Assembly: GCA_964514565.1 (NCBI GenBank)
Contig: CAZERA010000002.1
Location: forward strand, 1 to 64,000
Origin: an uncultured Candidatus Peribacteria bacterium
Lineage (GTDB): Bacteria; Patescibacteriota; Gracilibacteria; RBG-16-42-10
Reading direction: 5' to 3'
DNA length: 64,000 nucleotides
Part shown: in pieces, positions 1-9,877 of the stretch
Layout of the letters: every line of letters starts with the position of its first letter
Position numbering within the stretch: the stretch's first letter is position 1
Program-made: the position numbers and the translations under genes
The notes under the pieces: model-generated
Told to the model about the DNA's origin: nothing
Database searches by the model: none
What the model saw: only the letters and a program-made list of their open reading frames with translations

Positions 1-426
1 GGTTAAGTCCCTAAACGAGCGCAACCCTCGGACTGTGTTGTATTTTTCACAGTCGACTGCCTCTGTAAGGAGGAGGAAGGCGGGGATGACGTCAAATCAG
101 CATGGCTCTTACATCTTGGGCGACACACGTGCTACAATGGAGTGCACAATGAGCTGCAATATCGTAAGATGGAGCAAATCTCAAAAACATTCCTCGGTTC
201 GGATTGAGGGCTGCAACTCGCCCTCATGAAGCTGGAATCGCTAGTAACCGCCGATCAGCCACGCGGCGGTGAATATGTTCCTGGATCTTGTACACACCGC
301 CCGTCAAGTCATGGGAGGAGGGAGTACCAGAAGACCCACTTTTGTGGGGACAAGGTAATACCTCTGACTGGGACTAAGTCGTAACAAGGTATCCGTAGGG
401 GAATCTGCGGATGGATCACCTCCTTT
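1..426 (+). rRNA. rrs: 16S rRNA, 3' part (5' part lies outside the window)
   Basis: Universal motifs AACGAGCGCAACCC, GACGTCAAATCAGCATG, TGTACACACCGCCCGTC, AAGTCGTAACAAGGTA and 3' end GGATCACCTCCTTT (413-426). Confidence 0.99.
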
Positions 427-505
427 CAAGGGAGAAATACAAGCTTACCAATTAGGTAGCTGTATAGATCGAAATGTTCTTTCTCTTCTGCACATTGGGT
501 GTTAA

Positions 506-542
506 ACAAAAAAGCTATGATTTTAGATCATAGCTTTTTTGT
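506..542. terminator. Bidirectional intrinsic terminator downstream of 16S
   Basis: Perfect inverted repeat ACAAAAAAGCTATGAT / ATCATAGCTTTTTTGT with 5-nt loop and A/T tails on both sides. Confidence 0.8.
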
Positions 543-544
543 AA

Positions 545-657
545 ATAAGAAGTAAAAAGTAAGAGGTAAGAGTTTGACCAGGGATACATCTTGGCTTCCA
601 CCCATGTGGAACAATAGCATCCATACTTCTTACCTCTTCTCTTTTACCTCTTACTTC
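545..657. repeat. Heptamer inverted-repeat element, family A (GTAAGAG/GTAAAAG)
   Basis: Left arm 545-572 (ATAAGAA GTAAAAA GTAAGAG GTAAGAG), right arm 625-657 in reverse orientation, inner hairpin TTCCAC-CCAT-GTGGAA at 596-611. Confidence 0.85.
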
Positions 658-678
658 ACAAGAAAAGGGTAAAACCTT

Positions 679-707
679 TTGACATGAAGAATAACTGCTT
701 ATATACT
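679..707 (+). promoter_or_regulatory. sigma70-type promoter for tRNA-Ile
   Basis: TTGACA (679-684), 17-nt spacer, TATACT (702-707). Confidence 0.8.
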
Positions 708-738
708 GCCGTTGCTTTTTGGTTAGAAACCAAAATAA

Positions 739-815
739 GGGCGATTAGCTCAGCTGGTTAGAGCGCGACACTGATAATGTCGAGGTCCGCCGTTCGAGTC
801 GGCGATCGCCCACCA
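739..815 (+). tRNA. tRNA-Ile (GAT)
   Basis: Cloverleaf with GGGCGAT/ATCGCCC acceptor stem, anticodon arm CGACA-CTGATAA-TGTCG, GTTCGAG T-loop, encoded CCA. Confidence 0.98.
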
Positions 816-921
816 TGAATCCTAAATTAGATTCATCTCAACTTTATACTTAAAGGTATAGAGTTTTTTTTGTATTGTATAAAGAAAAATAACTAATATA
901 GTATATTAGATTGAATACCTT

Positions 922-1524
922 ATGATCCCCTATCAAATTATTTTTGGATATATAGCTGTTATTTTATCGATTATTAGCTATGCGCCTTATATTTATGATG
1001 TTCTAAAAAATAAAACACGACCACATATTTTTATGTGGATACTTTGGAGTTTGCTTTCAGGAATTACGTATTTTATTCAACTTTATAACAATGCAGGGGC
1101 AGGATCTTGGTCAATGGCAATCAGTACGGTTGCATGTCTGTTTATTTTTATTATCGCAATCAAAAGAGGTGAAAAAAGAATAGTTCTCTTGGACTGGATC
1201 TGTTTCTTGGGAGCACTGATTGCTATTGGTATATGGCTTTTCACAGTTAATCAAACAGCAGCAGTAGTGCTCACTACCCTTACAGCAGTTTTAAGCTTTG
1301 TTCCTACTTTTAGAAAGTCATGGTCAAAACCTCAGGAAGAAACAGCTGTTACATTTAGTATCAATGCAGCAAAATGGATAGTATCTGTACTTGCTCTGAC
1401 TGAAATCAACTTTTCTACCACATTTTATCTTGTCACCGTAATTATCCTGAATGCCCTCCTGGCCCTTCTGATCTATGTTAGACGATTGACCAAACCAATC
1501 ACCAACCTTACAAAGAATTTATAA
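922..1524 (+). CDS. Multi-pass membrane protein (PQ-loop-like)
   Basis: 200 aa, 6-7 hydrophobic segments, two related halves (YAPYIYDVLK..TRPH / FVPTFRKSWSKPQEE). Confidence 0.7.
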   Translation: MIPYQIIFGYIAVILSIISYAPYIYDVLKNKTRPHIFMWILWSLLSGITYFIQLYNNAGAGSWSMAISTVACLFIFIIAIKRGEKRIVLLDWICFLGALIAIGIWLFTVNQTAAVVLTTLTAVLSFVPTFRKSWSKPQEETAVTFSINAAKWIVSVLALTEINFSTTFYLVTVIILNALLALLIYVRRLTKPITNLTKNL

Positions 1525-1536
1525 AAGAGATATAAT

Positions 1537-1878
1537 ATGGAGAAACTACTATCTATGTTTTCTTTTTTCAAAAAAACTACCAATATAAAATCTGGCCTTT
1601 CACTTAAACCAAGACGCTATTTCGTTCGCGACTTGTTGATAGTTGCCGGTGTAGTACTAGTATGGCGCGGTATCTGGCATTTAGCTGATCGTTTTTTGTT
1701 CCCTGATTATCCCCTGCTTAGTGAGGCACTGAGCATATTGATTGGGTTGTTCCTGCTCTACCTACCTGATCGAGATTTGTCGCATCTCACTGGTGAAACA
1801 CACCATCATATTTATCACCATGCCGATCAAAAAGAGGGAACACCTTATCATCATGAAGAAAGTTTAGACAAGAAATAG
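1537..1878 (+). CDS. Small 2-TM membrane protein with His-rich C-terminus
   Basis: 113 aa; VVLVWRGIWHLADRFL segment plus second TM; tail HHHIYHH..YHHEE. Confidence 0.65.
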   Translation: MEKLLSMFSFFKKTTNIKSGLSLKPRRYFVRDLLIVAGVVLVWRGIWHLADRFLFPDYPLLSEALSILIGLFLLYLPDRDLSHLTGETHHHIYHHADQKEGTPYHHEESLDKK

Positions 1879-1950
1879 CATTAGTAAAGGCATAAGTATG
1901 TACAGATACAGGTAAAAAGAGGTATAATTGAGAGAAATACAAAAACAAAC

Positions 1951-4149
1951 ATGTCAGCCGCACCTAGAAATACTATTGATATTCAAGGCCTAACAGCACC
2001 TAGAGCGCCAACAAGCGCATCTTCAACACCTAATGCAGCTAGGGAGAACATTACTAGCATCTTTTCACAACTCGGAAATAATGATGTTCCAGAAGTCACG
2101 GGTGTAAAAACACGCAGCTTAGCAGAAACGGATCCAACAGTAGCGGATCAATGTGAAAATCTGATTAAAAGCAGCGACCAGTCACATACATACTCATCAG
2201 TCGCTGAAGATAGCAAAGGGCAACATGATGTTGATAGACAAAAGCTTTATGCGGAAGCACTACCTCAGTTTCTGCAGCAACTTTATGCTAGTTTTGATAT
2301 CAAAAAAAGTGCAGATTTAGAAACACGCAGAGTCAATGGTAGTGGTTTAGAATGGGATGATTATGTGTGGGTTAGCCTACCGGCAGCAGCAATCAGTGAT
2401 TTGCTAAATAAAGCCAAAGGAGCGGATGTAAACAAAGAGAATCTTGCAAGTACATATCCTGCAATCAAGTCTTTATTAAAAAGATTTTTACAAGAAAATA
2501 TTTGGTGGCTAGAATCAAAGTCTTCCACAGAAATAAATACTATAAAAGGCAATCTTAAGAATGTCCTAGCAGTACTTGATTCACTGGCAACAATTATAAA
2601 CAGAAGGCCTCTTACTTATCCCAACCGGGACATTTTGAACCAAGAGCCACATGTGCCTGCTTATGCAACTAAAGAAAAACCTGCTCAGTGGCCTGTAAAC
2701 GAAAACAGCCCCAAAACAAAACCTCCAACTAGTTGGAAGGAAGTAAATAAAATGTTTGAATCAACCGGTAGTTCTGCTCAATCATTTAAGAAGTTTAAAA
2801 CTGATCCAAACGGACATGAGGAAGACATCTGGGACTTGCATACTACTATAGCCGGAAGAAATTATGCTGATTTGTGTAAAATATTGTCAGTCGATGCTTC
2901 ACCAGTGATCCTAGCAAAACTAGCCAATCTCACGACAGGGACTATAGGAAGAAATGAAAATATTCAGGAAGTAGACAGCATCATCACTTTACTGCAAACA
3001 CAAGTACACGAAGTACAAACTAGCTCAGGATCTAATCCTAATCTGTTTGATGCAAAGGTTGAGCTTCGAACAATGATTGAGCAATTAGAAACATTAAAGA
3101 GCCTTTCACTCAGAAATATACCAGGACTTAAAGGTATGTTTATTAGAGCAAAGACATACGGAACAAAAATCTACCGATCTTTACAGAATTGGTGGAGTCC
3201 AAAAGATAAGCAAGAAAAAAAGCCCAATACAACTATTGCACGTCGAATGCCATCGCTACGAGCAATGGGTTTGATAGCAGGATTGGCGAGCTTTACTAGC
3301 TTTCTTTCTGGCCAAACAAAATCAGACACAGAAGCACAACCAGCTCGAGCACCAATAGCAGTAGTGCCTAATCAGCCTGCAGAACAGTCACCAACTGTCT
3401 CTAGTGAAGCAGCCGTAGCACAACAAACAGCAGAAGACATCACTGAACCAACTAGCCCAGAAAACAATTTGACCCAAGCAAGCATTCAAAGACGACTACA
3501 AACAACCTTGAAGGGACCACAAGCCTTACAGATGTTCAAAAGAATCTATGGTGAACAGCTCTCTCCAACTGAAGCTCAACAAACATATATAGCGAATACA
3601 TTTGCTCACATTCTTCGTCCCCATTTGAAGCTGCACTCATCTAACACCACCACACCATTGCACATCAGTTATTTGGGCTCAGCACCACACCACAGACAAA
3701 TCTTCACAGTTTGGTCAGGACACCACTCAGAGACAGTGCGAGTACATATTCCCTCATGGGAAAATCTTTCTCAGGGTATGCATGATGCAGGGATGCCTCA
3801 TGTTCAGCAGATTCCCACCACACAACCTGCTCCAGTGCTCACTGGGCCGAGTGGACTTGATAGCGATATCGCGAGTAATAATGTTCCTCCATTGCCACCT
3901 GGAGTAACAGCAACAACAACCACTCCAAACGTAATGGCTGCGCTAGATGCACTACAATTAGCAGATCAATCACCTACTCCGGTAGCACAACCAACACTTC
4001 CCCCTACAGCTGCACCTACTGCAATAGATTTAGCATTGGACGCATTAGCTGAAGCCGACCGCACACCAAAAGTACCAAAACGACATGCAGCAGATGTAGC
4101 TCTGGAAGAGCTAGCTCAAGCTGATGCCAAGAACGATCGTCGCGCCTAA
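1951..4149 (+). CDS. Hypothetical single-pass membrane protein, Pro/Thr/Ala-rich C-terminal half
   Basis: 732-aa ORF, GGTATAAT upstream, one hydrophobic stretch (AMGLIAGLASFTSFLSG); no recognisable family. Confidence 0.75.
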   Translation: MSAAPRNTIDIQGLTAPRAPTSASSTPNAARENITSIFSQLGNNDVPEVTGVKTRSLAETDPTVADQCENLIKSSDQSHTYSSVAEDSKGQHDVDRQKLYAEALPQFLQQLYASFDIKKSADLETRRVNGSGLEWDDYVWVSLPAAAISDLLNKAKGADVNKENLASTYPAIKSLLKRFLQENIWWLESKSSTEINTIKGNLKNVLAVLDSLATIINRRPLTYPNRDILNQEPHVPAYATKEKPAQWPVNENSPKTKPPTSWKEVNKMFESTGSSAQSFKKFKTDPNGHEEDIWDLHTTIAGRNYADLCKILSVDASPVILAKLANLTTGTIGRNENIQEVDSIITLLQTQVHEVQTSSGSNPNLFDAKVELRTMIEQLETLKSLSLRNIPGLKGMFIRAKTYGTKIYRSLQNWWSPKDKQEKKPNTTIARRMPSLRAMGLIAGLASFTSFLSGQTKSDTEAQPARAPIAVVPNQPAEQSPTVSSEAAVAQQTAEDITEPTSPENNLTQASIQRRLQTTLKGPQALQMFKRIYGEQLSPTEAQQTYIANTFAHILRPHLKLHSSNTTTPLHISYLGSAPHHRQIFTVWSGHHSETVRVHIPSWENLSQGMHDAGMPHVQQIPTTQPAPVLTGPSGLDSDIASNNVPPLPPGVTATTTTPNVMAALDALQLADQSPTPVAQPTLPPTAAPTAIDLALDALAEADRTPKVPKRHAADVALEELAQADAKNDRRA

Positions 4150-4203
4150 AAAGTAGATTTCGTGATATATTATCGACTGTAGATAAAATATATCTGAGTA
4201 TTT

Positions 4204-5334
4204 ATGTTGGATACCAATTCCCCCCTACCAGTAGTAATTATTGATGTAGTTTCCAAAGAGATTAGCCAAGCTGAAGCCTATGATCGTTTAATAGAGCTAG
4301 AGAATCTCGTGAACACCTTTGGTGGATTAGTTGTGGTAAAAAAAGTGCAGCGACGCGGTATGCCTGACTACAGTACTTTTGTAGGAGCAGGCAAAATTCA
4401 AGAGATTATTGATGATGGTAAAGCACTGGGAGCCAAGCTAGTCATTGTAAATAATATCCTCAAGCCAGGCCAGGTTTATAGACTTGGGGAAGCTCTACGC
4501 AAAGCAAAGATGGAAGCTTGGGATCGAGTTGATTTGATTCTCAAAATATTTAGCAAACATGCCAAGAGTGCTGAAGCAAAGCTGCAAATTGAGCTAGCCG
4601 CCATTCGTCATACGGGACCACGCATCTTCGGTCTTGGTTTAGATTTGTCGAGACAAGGTGGTGGTATCGGTACGTCTGGTATTGGTGAAACCAATATTGA
4701 GCGTATGAAACGTCATTTAAAAGAACATGAGCACCGTCTAGTGCTCAAGCTTCGCCACCTGGATCAAGTGCGTACTCAACATCGTGAGCATCGACGTCGA
4801 TTAGATTTATTATCGGTCGCTATTGTTGGATATACCAACGCAGGCAAATCTAGTCTATTGCGTGCAGTCACCAAGAAAGATGCTTATGTAGCCAACCAAC
4901 TTTTTGCCACTCTAGATACAAGAATTGGTCAATTGTACTTACCCAATGAAGATACCAATGCGCAAGGGAAAGTAGTGATGCTCTCAGATACGATTGGATT
5001 CATTCGAGATCTACCACCAAGTTTGATTAAATCATTCAAATCCACACTCGAAGAAGCTATCCATGCTGATGTGATCCTGCATGTAGTTGATTATAGTGAT
5101 CCTAAGATGCCAGAGAAAATTGCTATTGTAGATGCTATCTTAGCCGACTTGGACGTAGCCAATAAGCCTCAAATCTTAGTCTTTAATAAATGTGACTTAG
5201 GTTCCCCTTTTAGCAAAGCGACTATCACTGAACAATACTACAGCAGACACCCAGTGTTTGTATCTGCTGTAGACAAGGAAGGTTTAGACCAACTCAAACA
5301 AGTAATCAGTGGTCAGCTTAAGCAACTCGCGTAA
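4204..5334 (+). CDS. hflX: GTPase HflX
   Basis: LILKIFSKHAKSAEAKLQIELA, GYTNAGKSSL, LFATLD, DTIGFIRDLP, NKCD. Confidence 0.97.
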   Translation: MLDTNSPLPVVIIDVVSKEISQAEAYDRLIELENLVNTFGGLVVVKKVQRRGMPDYSTFVGAGKIQEIIDDGKALGAKLVIVNNILKPGQVYRLGEALRKAKMEAWDRVDLILKIFSKHAKSAEAKLQIELAAIRHTGPRIFGLGLDLSRQGGGIGTSGIGETNIERMKRHLKEHEHRLVLKLRHLDQVRTQHREHRRRLDLLSVAIVGYTNAGKSSLLRAVTKKDAYVANQLFATLDTRIGQLYLPNEDTNAQGKVVMLSDTIGFIRDLPPSLIKSFKSTLEEAIHADVILHVVDYSDPKMPEKIAIVDAILADLDVANKPQILVFNKCDLGSPFSKATITEQYYSRHPVFVSAVDKEGLDQLKQVISGQLKQLA

Positions 5335-6637
5335 TACGTTCTAATCCAACGTAAGGCTGCAAAACGGCGGGGACGAGTACTGAGCCATCTTCTTGCTGAT
5401 AATTCTCCAGAATGGCAATTAGCATGCGTGGGATGGCCATAGCAGTAGCATCATTCATATGCACATACTGGTTCTTCCCATTGGGATCTTTGTAGCGGAT
5501 ATTGAGTCTACGTGCTTGAAAATCAGTCATATAGTCTGATGTGTGGGTCTCTCGGTAGCGATTTTGAGCGGGAATCCAACATTCAATGTCGTATTGGTTG
5601 AAGTCCGGCTTACCAGTGTCGCCAGTACAAATTTGAATCACTTGATGAGGGATTTTGAGTTGTTGCACAATGTATTCTTGCAGAGCCACAATCAAATCTT
5701 GCTCAACTTGGCCGTATTCAACAGGAACAAATGTTTCCATCTCCATCTTGTCGAATTGATGTACACGCAAAATACCACGAACGTCTTTGCCATATGAACC
5801 AGCTTCTCTTCGGAAAGCAGTAGAATAACCAATATAGCGCACGGGCAAATCACTATCTTGCCAGAGCTTGTTCATGTGATAAGACCCCATAGTGTGCTCA
5901 GCACTACCGACTAGCACTAAGTTGTCTTCAGCAAAAACATAACGTTCTTCTAATGGGTCCAGACGATCCATCTTTTTCATCACCTCAGGCTTCATCATGA
6001 TTGGAGGCAGCATGGGCACAAATGGAGTCATGAATGGATTACCCACTTTCTCCGCACAAGCACGAATCACTTTGCGATCGGCTAAAGTTTGAAAGACAAA
6101 CTGGACCAAAGCAAATTGTAAGAGAACGGCTGCTCCTTTCAAATAAAAGAATCGTGAGCCACTCACCTCTCCTGAAGTTTCACAATCAATAATATCTAGA
6201 TACTGACCAATCTCGACATGGTCTTTGGGGGTAAAAGTAAACTTAGTTGGCTCACCCCACTGACGAGCCACTACATTTTCTTCTTCACCTTTGCCTACTG
6301 GCATTCTTTCAGAAGTGACATTGGGAAGCTGGAGAAGCATCTCACTTAACTGCGCTTCAAGCTCAGCAACTTTCCCTTCCATCTCTTTTGCTTGAGACTT
6401 AATTTGTTTGCCTTCTTCGATCAAAGCAGTGCGCTCGTTGGCATCTTTGGCTGCTTTCATTTTGCTATCAATCACATTTTTCTGTTGTAACACAGCTTCA
6501 TATGATTGACGTTCTTTCACCAAGGTTTCGTCGATCTTCAATAAACCATCCACATCGACACGGTGGAGTAGTTTTTTTTGAGCAACTGCCGCTTTGACAC
6601 GGTCAGGGTTGGCACGGATAAAATGAATATCAAGCAT
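5318..6637 (-). CDS. serS: Serine--tRNA ligase
   Basis: MLDIHFIR start (ATG at 6637), N-terminal coiled coil, FRREAGSYGKDVRGILRVHQFDKME, ILENYQQEDGSV. Confidence 0.97.
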   Translation of the reverse strand: MLDIHFIRANPDRVKAAVAQKKLLHRVDVDGLLKIDETLVKERQSYEAVLQQKNVIDSKMKAAKDANERTALIEEGKQIKSQAKEMEGKVAELEAQLSEMLLQLPNVTSERMPVGKGEEENVVARQWGEPTKFTFTPKDHVEIGQYLDIIDCETSGEVSGSRFFYLKGAAVLLQFALVQFVFQTLADRKVIRACAEKVGNPFMTPFVPMLPPIMMKPEVMKKMDRLDPLEERYVFAEDNLVLVGSAEHTMGSYHMNKLWQDSDLPVRYIGYSTAFRREAGSYGKDVRGILRVHQFDKMEMETFVPVEYGQVEQDLIVALQEYIVQQLKIPHQVIQICTGDTGKPDFNQYDIECWIPAQNRYRETHTSDYMTDFQARRLNIRYKDPNGKNQYVHMNDATAMAIPRMLIAILENYQQEDGSVLVPAVLQPYVGLERITRVA

Positions 6638-7131
6638 GGGACATTTCGTTAAGATTATACTGATGAGATAGAGAGACGGTATCAGTAACCGTGTTGCCAC
6701 TCTCCTTGCCTAACGAAAGGCCGCTTTTTTGATATAGTTTACGACTATTACTCGCTCTAGTTAAAACATATGCTTGGCTAGAGAGCTCAGAAGCAGCTAC
6801 GCTTCATCATCGCTAGACACAATGTAAAAGTGCATGACCAAAAATGCAAGTATTTGCTTGAAGCAAACTCCTCATTTAGAACCTGCTCCAATTTACATTG
6901 ACCACTCCATAACTATGACAATAGAAAATATTTTAGGATTCAGACACGGGCGGACGCGTGGGAATGCAGAGCATATTTTGTTTTCTGTAGCAGACTGGAA
7001 TCGCATGATTATTGCTAGTAAATAGCGTATTGAAATAGACTTAGTTCTGAAGTCAAAAACAGAATTGGTCGCTGCGCTTGAAATTCCCCAAATTACAACA
7101 TATTGTGTTTTTGCCTTTAAGAAACCACAAC

Positions 7132-8538
7132 ATGTTGAAAGGATCCACAACAATCGGTTCAATCAAAGAGGGCAATAGTGTTGCTGAACTATCATGGCAT
7201 CCTAAACGTTGGTTACAGTTTTTACGGCTTATTGGACTGGATACTGGTGAAACGAAAAGAGTGGGGTGGAGTGCAATTGGTTTCTCTCATGATGAACAAG
7301 ACACAATTGCAGAGCATAGCTATAACCTAAGCTTAGAAGGACTGTTGTGGAATCTTCATTTGCGATTGGAAAACCAAATTGATTGTTTGGATGAAACGAC
7401 CATGATCACTATGCCTGGTAGGCATGATGATACTGAAGTGCGTGGTGGAGATATTGGTACTCCTCGAGGGCAGGATTATCCTGATTTAAAGATGGCCTCA
7501 AGAGAAATAGAAATGATCGCACAGGCAGAATATTGTGCTTTGCTCAAAGGGGACCACATCGCAAGAGCTTTTACTACTCTCGTAGAAGACGAACGCAATC
7601 AAAAAAATGATGAGGCACGAGCAACAAAACTACTGGATAGATTAGAAGCTTGGCTTTATCTACAAAAACGTGATCCATCAAAATGGTGCAAAGCTCATAA
7701 CGACTTCTTCAATGCTACTGTTAGGAAAAGTGCTGATAGTATTGAGAATACTAAACTAAAATTTGCTGCTCACAAGTTGATTGATAGTTTCATTAGACTA
7801 CACAAACAAGGGCGATTGGGACGACGAAGACCACAAACAAATGCCAATGACTCAGCGGAAGACAAATTGGTAATACTGTTTGATGAGTTGCAATTAACCA
7901 AGGCAATTAGTAGGACATCATGGACAGCGGCTGGATTGAGGACATTTGAACACGACAACCTAGCAAGACATGGTCACGCTGGCTTAGCATCAACTTGGTT
8001 GGTTGGAGAAGTAGCAAAAGAACGAGGACTCAAATACAGCACACGAGACGCTCTTGCCCTAGCTGAATTGCGAGACCTAGGCAAACTCTATGGTGGCGAT
8101 GTGTCTGTGGCATCTACTAAAAAAGATGATCCGATGCGTGCAGCATCACGCAGGATCAGACAACAAGCGTTTGAAATTATTGTAGACAAACTAGGCAACG
8201 ATGGGATGAAAACGGAATTGAGTAGATTACACTCAGAAGCTATGCTACAAGAAACCGATATGTCTCGTAGCCAAATGGCTGGAGCACGGATCATGGATCT
8301 AATGTTTTACGATTTAGCTCGCCATCCCAACTACAATAAAAAAGAACCAGGTAAGTTTTTTGATCGGTATAAAAACAAAAAATTACTGCCACTAATTCAA
8401 GGAATGGAGGATCCCCAGCTTAGATCGCTTCATGAAAATTTATTTGAACACTGGCTAGAATCTATTCGTCATGGCGACATACGCAAACCACTTCATGCCA
8501 TTCTTGGCCAGAGAGGTAAAAAAGCTTGTTTGAAATAA
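7132..8538 (+). CDS. Tandem double HD-domain protein (YfbR/HDDC2-like), second domain degenerate
   Basis: Domain 1 KRVGW..DTIAEHSY..HDDTE..GDI..KLLDRLE; domain 2 SRTSW..DNLARHGH..RDLGK..GGDV..ARIMD; start uncertain (7078 TTG or 7132 ATG). Confidence 0.8.
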   Translation: MLKGSTTIGSIKEGNSVAELSWHPKRWLQFLRLIGLDTGETKRVGWSAIGFSHDEQDTIAEHSYNLSLEGLLWNLHLRLENQIDCLDETTMITMPGRHDDTEVRGGDIGTPRGQDYPDLKMASREIEMIAQAEYCALLKGDHIARAFTTLVEDERNQKNDEARATKLLDRLEAWLYLQKRDPSKWCKAHNDFFNATVRKSADSIENTKLKFAAHKLIDSFIRLHKQGRLGRRRPQTNANDSAEDKLVILFDELQLTKAISRTSWTAAGLRTFEHDNLARHGHAGLASTWLVGEVAKERGLKYSTRDALALAELRDLGKLYGGDVSVASTKKDDPMRAASRRIRQQAFEIIVDKLGNDGMKTELSRLHSEAMLQETDMSRSQMAGARIMDLMFYDLARHPNYNKKEPGKFFDRYKNKKLLPLIQGMEDPQLRSLHENLFEHWLESIRHGDIRKPLHAILGQRGKKACLK

Positions 8539-8557
8539 TAATCTAACTACTGCTCAT

Positions 8558-9877
8558 ATGGAACAAAAACAAGAACCGAATTGGGTCAAATTAGTAGAAT
8601 GGTGGTCAGTAATAGCCCTATCTCGGCCAATGCCAAGAACTGGCTGGAATACAATTGGACTAGATAGACACCAGATGGACAACTTGGCAGCACATCACTA
8701 TATGGTTACCGTGATCGCTGACTTTTTGAGCTTAATATTAGAGAAAGACTTTCAGGTGAAGCTGGATCGCAAAAGGGTGATTGGAATGGCTCTACTGCAT
8801 GATATTGGTGAAGTACTCTTGGGCGCGGATATGGCAACTCCGCAAGGTCTCAATCCTCATTATCAAGAGGCAAAAAAAGCGGCACGCAGACTAGAAGACC
8901 GCGTTATTAGTATTTTTGGCCAGCTGCTTGGTGATTCAGAGCTCAAAAACTATATGGAGGAGCTATGCAAAGAAGAAAGAGCCCTCAGCAGTGATGAAGC
9001 CAAATTAGTAAAATTGGCTGATCGGATAGCTGACAACATCCATCTCCGCAATGTGCAATCTCACCCTAGATTCAATCGTGACGATGAAAACTACTTCGAT
9101 AGAACTGTCTTCGCTTTGATCGATACATTTGAGAACGAAACTATCAAAAGCTTTTGTAAAAAGGTAGGCCAAGCATTGAAATCAGCAATTATGCATCAAG
9201 AATTAGCTGTCGGTGTCCGACCTCAGTTTGATAATGAGCAAGAACCGGAACGAGCCTTGATGCAGTTATTCAATCATTTCCAAGGAACAAAACGCATGGT
9301 TCGCACGGGTTGGATTCCAGGAAGATACCAACAGCATGAGTTAGATACTTTAGCTGAGCACGGCTACATGACAGCAGCTATGTTATTGATGCTGACGAGT
9401 ACACTCACCTTACCGAATAGTATTGAGGTCTTGGACATGCCTCTTTTTCATGAAGCGGGCAAACTCTATGGCGGTGGAATGTCAGTACTCTTCAATGTCC
9501 GAGATGAAAGTCTCAAAAAAGATATTGATTTGATCCGCCAAACCACTATTGATCATCTTGCTGAATCGATTGGTTATCCAGAAACACGCAAATACTTTCT
9601 AGCCAACTATCAAGAGAGTAATGAACATAAAACAGACGGAGCAAAACTGCATCTGCTCGTCGGTCGTTTAGCTGACCAGATTCACGGTGAGCTCATCCGC
9701 AGACCAACATACACTGACCGCGATCGTGAGCACCGAGAGAAAGCGATCATCACACTGGCAGCGAGTATAAGCACTGCTGATGTACAAAAAGCCGCCAAAC
9801 AATTTACTGAAGCTACTTTCTCAGTAATTGAAGGCGGCAAGTTGCGAAGATCAATCTTTCGATTGCTTGAGGAATAA
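8558..9877 (+). CDS. Tandem double HD-domain protein (YfbR/HDDC2-like), second domain degenerate
   Basis: Domain 1 PRTGW..DNLAAHHY..LLHDIGE..ADM..KLADRIAD; domain 2 VRTGW..DTLAEHGY..FHEAGK..GGGM..VGRLAD. Confidence 0.85.
   Translation: MEQKQEPNWVKLVEWWSVIALSRPMPRTGWNTIGLDRHQMDNLAAHHYMVTVIADFLSLILEKDFQVKLDRKRVIGMALLHDIGEVLLGADMATPQGLNPHYQEAKKAARRLEDRVISIFGQLLGDSELKNYMEELCKEERALSSDEAKLVKLADRIADNIHLRNVQSHPRFNRDDENYFDRTVFALIDTFENETIKSFCKKVGQALKSAIMHQELAVGVRPQFDNEQEPERALMQLFNHFQGTKRMVRTGWIPGRYQQHELDTLAEHGYMTAAMLLMLTSTLTLPNSIEVLDMPLFHEAGKLYGGGMSVLFNVRDESLKKDIDLIRQTTIDHLAESIGYPETRKYFLANYQESNEHKTDGAKLHLLVGRLADQIHGELIRRPTYTDRDREHREKAIITLAASISTADVQKAAKQFTEATFSVIEGGKLRRSIFRLLEE

Noticed and set aside
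35..229. 64-aa ORF
   Set aside because: Lies wholly inside the 16S rRNA gene.
6915..7178. ORF extendable to ~88 aa by TAG read-through at 7023-7025
   Set aside because: TAG is an ordinary stop in many genes here and the product has no recognisable motif.
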